Part shown: in pieces, positions 1 to 64,000 of the stretch
Layout: each line of letters starts with the position of its first letter
Numbering within the stretch: the stretch's first letter is position 1
Source: Octopus sinensis
Lineage: Eukaryota
DNA: 64,000 nucleotides
Direction of reading: 5' to 3'
Assembly: GCF_006345805.1 (NCBI RefSeq)
Contig: NC_043006.1
Coordinates: 49,600,001 to 49,664,000, forward strand
The notes under the pieces: model-generated
What the model was told of the DNA's origin: nothing
What the model saw: only the letters and a program-made list of their open reading frames with translations
Database searches by the model: none
Made by a program: the position numbers and the translations under genes

Positions 1-8
1 GCGAATAA

Positions 9-66
<58 letters not shown>

Positions 67-173
67 ACTATAGTCTCATACGGCAATCATGACAATTGGC
101 TAAAAGCTTAGTATATATACTTACATACATATATACATATACACATATACATGCATATATATATATATATATA

Positions 174-223
<50 letters not shown>

Positions 224-282
224 GATATATATGTTTTAATATATACTTATATATGTATGTGTATGCATGTGTGATATATATA

Positions 283-313
<31 letters not shown>

Positions 314-314
314 G

Positions 315-610
315 GTGGAGGCGCAATGGCCCAGTGGCTAGGGCAGCGAACTCGCGGTCGTCGGATCGCGTTCGTCGGTACGCGATCGCGGTTGAGCAAA
401 AACACCTAAAGCTCCACGAGGCTCTGGCAGGGGGTGGTGGCGATCCCTGCTGTATTCTTTCGCCACAACTTTCTCTAACTCTTTCTTCTGTTGGCCTGCT
501 CGCTTAGCCAGCGAGGTGGCGTCATTTGAAGGCTAAAACAATGCGAAGCGCATTGTGACCAGCGATGTGTAGCAACATCTGATAGCCTGGTCGGTGACGG
601 TGACGGTGAT
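315..610 (+). mobile_element. tRNA-derived SINE family A
   Basis: GGAGGCGCAATGGCCCAGTGG A-box head and AAACACCTAAAGCTCCACGAGGCTC body; homologs at 13028, 27970(-) and 63013. Confidence 0.8.
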
Positions 611-626
611 ATATATATATAGATAG

Positions 627-677
<51 letters not shown>

Positions 678-878
678 CATACATAGATATATATGTATGT
701 ATGCATCTATGAGTGTGTGCGTGCGTATAACAGGATAAAAATTCACGGCAACACTACAGACTACTTTCAATTAAATATTTAATGGTAAATGAACATATCT
801 TAATATTTATTAACTCAAAATAGTCTTTATTAATAAAAATACGCAGTTAATAGTATAGAAGACTGAAGCAGTACTCAC

Positions 879-59886
<59,008 letters not shown>

Positions 59887-60074
59887 CTAAAGTAAAATAT
59901 TTTGTATAAACATTTATGCTCTGGAGAAAGGATGGAGCACAACAAAATAAGGTAACTAACAATAAAAGCAATAAAATACCAACAGCATTAATTTTCGAAC
60001 CATTAAGTGAGATTATGCTGTCGACGACCAGACATATCAGCTAAATATCCTGCAAATCACATTGTCTCTCTTAA

Positions 60075-62538
60075 CCCTTGGTCTACCACAGAAAATGTAT
60101 GTCACTAAGTACCAACTGGGTCCAATGGACTCGATACTTTTCTTTTAATTAAATTATATTCAAACTACCATTATTTCTTAGCTACATTATATATGCTATC
60201 AGGCGAATAAAAAATTACTGTTTCTCACAAATTTTTATTAAAAAAATACAGCATACAGAATATATTATAAATTTTAAAAATTACAAAAGTACAGAATTAC
60301 AGTTTTTCATGGTAGTGAATGCAGACAACATTAGAATGTTCTTGGAAAACATAGATTTACAATTCTTACATGTAGTATGAGTTCTGTCTTTTTTGGGGCC
60401 ACACAAAGAACATCTTCCCTTTTTCTTTGGTTGAGGAATCTCAAATGAGGTTGAAGATTGTCTTCTTTCTTTGTTTGGTTGAGAAATATTAGCAGAACTA
60501 GATTGTTTGTCATATTCTTGTTGAGCGTTAACTCCAGCAAGTTCCTTTCCTAACTGAATTAAGCACTGCCTTCTTTTATCCTTGAAACTTTGCAAGTGAA
60601 GCTGTTTAGCAACAATGAAAACATTCACTGCACTTACTTCAATCATACTGTAGAATATAACCATATGCCATATTCGAGTCATTCTTTTGCAAGTGAATGT
60701 CCTTACCATCTTATCTAGGGTAGTGACTCCTTTTGTTTTGTGGTAACATGTAATAACTTCTGGTTTCTTTTCAGCATTTTTTTAATCAACTGAAGGCTGA
60801 GAGTGCAATGTACTCATAAGTGTGACTACATAATCTTTCTTGGAATAATAAGATAGGATCATAAAATCCTTTTGAAATCCAAATATTGTGCTGTTGATTT
60901 CTCTTTCTTTCCATTTGTGAAAGCACTCGGAAGTTCAACTCTTTTCTTTCTAATTGTTCCAACTAAAGTAGTTTTCTTGCTAAGCAGCTTTCGAGCCAAT
61001 CCTTGACTTGTAAAAAATTATCACAAGTTATATTGCGACCAGTATTTTCAAGTTCTTTTACTAGGTCTTCAACTCTTGAACCTTGATTTGTCTCTCTCCC
61101 TTTTACTGGGTCTTTTCCAGTGTAGATTTGCATTTTCTAGGCATAAGATGTTTCACTGTCGCATATTGCCCAAATTTTAATTCCATATTTCCCTGGTTTT
61201 GAAGGAATATACACCCGGAATGGGCAGCACCTTCTGAATGAAACTAATTGTTCATCAACTGTCATGCATGAACTTGGAACATATCCATCTTGCAAATTCT
61301 GAGTCCACATTTCAAATACTTCTCTTATGGGCTCCAATTTAACATCACTTCTCTTTTTTCTTCCTTCACTAACATCATCAAAATGCAATACTTGTATTAT
61401 TTGTTGAAATCTTCCCCGGCTCATAATTTTATTGAATATTGGGCGGACATCTTCTTGACTCCATAATTGTGTGACATTTCCATGTTGAGATTTATAAATA
61501 CCAATAAGAATAATGAGTCTAATAAATTTCTTTAGGTTATTGGAATTAGAGTGATCAATTTCCTTCCATATATCTTTGTAAACAACCTGAACATCAACAT
61601 TTACGAATTTCATCAAGAAAAATTCTGGCGCATAAAGATAGTAAAACGTTTCAATGCTATCAAAAGACCTTTTAGCAAAACAGGATGGTCCACATTCTTG
61701 GTGAACAATATTGCAAGATGAAGTTCTTACTGCTACTTAAGTAAGAGGGTTAGAATGCCAAACTTCTTTCTGTCTCTAGAAACATATTGCTCATTCCTAA
61801 TTGGGTTGTAGATAATTGTTTTTGAGTATCTTCATCACCTGATGACACAGAACCTAAACTGTCCAGCACAAATCACTTTCACCATCATCTTCAGAGCAAT
61901 AGAAGGAATCACTACTATCTTCTTCCCATTCTTCATCCTATCCAATAACCTTTTTGATATTTGGTCTTCACTCAAGTTTTCACGTCTAAGCATATAGGAA
62001 AGCACAACTGAACTATATGAAACTTGATAGTAGACTAAAGGCAGATATTGCTCTCTTACATATTAATACTCTCCTGAAAGATGATGCAATATATTGTAAG
62101 AATTGCGTCATGACAAATATTGTGTCACCCTATCACCTAGCAGACTGAAGGTGATGCAATACCACACAGATTTACAGGAATATTTTCATAATTTTTCTTA
62201 TTTTAATTTAAGATTTAGCAAATAAATTGAATACAATTTTATCTATTTTTTATATTTGATAAATATCTAGGAAAATAATATTTGATACTGCTTTTATTCT
62301 GTTTAGAATGACAAGAGTATTTGTCTGAATTCAATTCGAGGGTCCAATGGTCCCATACGGTAATTAATGTATAAAATGAAATTTTCTAGCTTTTATAAAC
62401 ATACGGAAAATTTCCCATTTGACAAATAAAAGAGTTAAGAAAAAATAAGAGTCACGAGAAATCAGCAGAATCAAACGGTAGGAAAAAGCAAGTGAAAAAA
62501 CTGAAATGGGTCAATTGGACCCATTGGTAGACAGAAGG
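60075..62538 (-). mobile_element. Full-length decayed piggyBac DNA transposon (2464 bp)
   Basis: TTAA at 60071-60074 and 62539-62542. Imperfect TIRs CCCTTGGTCTACCA / CCTTCTGTCTACCA, with subterminal GGGTCCAAT(G/T)GAC-like motifs near both ends. Frameshifted transposase from ATG 61993 to about 60281 with TVDEQLV...YIPSKPGKYGIKIW, RNITCDNF, TLDKMV and a C-terminal RCSLC..TCKNC Cys-rich domain. Confidence 0.92.
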
Positions 62539-63012
62539 TTAAAGAAAGAAAGGAGCATATCTGAAGAAAAGACGCAGACACGACCATGTGGTTAAGGGAC
62601 TTGCTTCTTGTAAGTGAAAATTTGCATGTGACCACGATACATATATAAATACACATGCATACGTATATAAATACACACACATACATACATACATGCATAC
62701 ATACATACATACATACATACATACATACATACATACATACATACATACATACATACATACATGGTGGTCACTCCGTCTTCACAGATGACTGCCAGCTCCT
62801 TGTCCTTCTTCGTTGTCGATGGCATTTCTGACTTTGTTTCCATGTTCTCTCAGATGAGTAGTCAGTCCCGCTGCTTTGTAACTGCGCACTTCCATCTGGC
62901 AAGATCTATACACGTCCCCAGAGTTGAAAGAAATAATACTAATCATTTTATCCGACGCTCACCTGATTCTGCCAGCTCGCAGAACATCAATAACAGCAGC
63001 AACAGCAACAAG

Positions 63013-63200
63013 TGTAGGCGCAATGGCCCAGTGGTTAGTGCAGCGGACTCGTGGTTGTAAGAACGCGGTTTCGATTCCCAGACCGGGCATTGTGAGTGTT
63101 TATTGAGCAAAAACACCTAAGCTCCACGAGGCTCCGACGGGTCGGGGATGAACCCCGCTGTACTCTTTCACCACAACTTTCTCTCACTCTTTCTTCCTAC
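63013..63200 (+). mobile_element. tRNA-derived SINE family A
   Basis: Same head and body as the 13028 copy. Confidence 0.8.
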
Positions 63201-64000
63201 TTCTGCCACAAAGCAGAGGAACCATGGTGTAACCCACTATGGTGTGGTAAAACTTTCAGACCCTAGTCTAGATTGCGAATCCACTGTACCCCAGGATGGT
63301 TCAGCTCTCCACCCGTTAAAGGCAACCGTTTACGGAATGAGGATAACAACGTAACTTTCGCACCCGTGTAACCACCAGTCTATCTCGTGTGGTGAGTGGA
63401 TCTTCAAGTTGCCACATGCATTCGTAGTAGCTTAGAGCAGGCTTGAATTAGAGATTATTCTTTGTGGCTAATGGCGTGTGTCCTGGTTGGAAGAAGAAGA
63501 TGAAGAAGAAGAAGGAGGAGGAGGAGAAGGAGGAGAAGAAGAAGAAGAAGAGAAGAAGAAGAAGAAGAAGAAGAAGAAGAAGAAGAAGAAGAAGAAGAAG
63601 AAGAGAAGAAGAAGAAGAAGAAGAAACAGCAACAAAGGCAATAACAACATCATCAATAGCAGCAGTAGCACCAGCGGCAGCAGCAGCATTATATAAGACT
63701 GAAGCAACGAAGTAGACTGTATGTCATTGATCAGTAAAGCCGTATTCGAATCACGCTCTGGGGCCTTAAAAACGGAAGGGTATTTAGTTCTTGATGCGTT
63801 AAGTCCAAATAGCAAACGGATTGGTCCCTTTGATCGTAGATTTAGTGAATCAGGGTTGAACTGGGATTAAACAACAACAACAGTTATAAGAAGGCGATCT
63901 CACAAGATCTCACGAGATACAACAAAAGAACACTGCGGATTCTGAGTGACTCTGAGCGCTAGTTATATTTATGACATATTAAACTTACGTTGGTGTTTTA

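Noticed and set aside
315-400. tRNA gene
   Set aside because: The tRNA-like A/B boxes are SINE heads followed by SINE body; no complete cloverleaf
62760-63460. Search for upstream GPCR ECD exon (C...D...CW)
   Set aside because: No matching exon found; upstream exons are presumably beyond the window

Overview
AT-rich, microsatellite- and SINE-dense animal DNA that looks like a coleoid cephalopod, most likely Octopus (inferred from repeat content, not confirmed). The window lies inside one minus-strand gene, a class B1 (secretin-family) GPCR most similar to calcitonin/CGRP-type receptors. I reconstructed nine coding exons by hand (59783-59886, 58635-58726, 42496-42646, 37714-37864, 22589-22649, 20575-20641, 16010-16092, 9615-9750, 879-920). 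All phases join without stops, giving 295 complete codons from the end of the hormone-binding domain through TM7. The first and last exons lie outside the window, and one intron is GC-AG. The introns hold at least four tRNA-derived SINE families, R4/Dong-type and CR1-type LINE fragments, Penelope-like remnants, a full-length decayed piggyBac with TTAA target duplications, MITE/Helentron-like elements and many simple repeats. The most unusual signal is a set of Penelope-like terminal repeats carrying hammerhead-ribozyme core motifs in a non-circularly permuted strand order (S1-S3-S2). There are four copies with covarying or fully different stems, and one (32921-32985) has an intact core. A second family carries minimal type I hammerheads. 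Nearly all ORFs in the supplied track are microsatellite artefacts.
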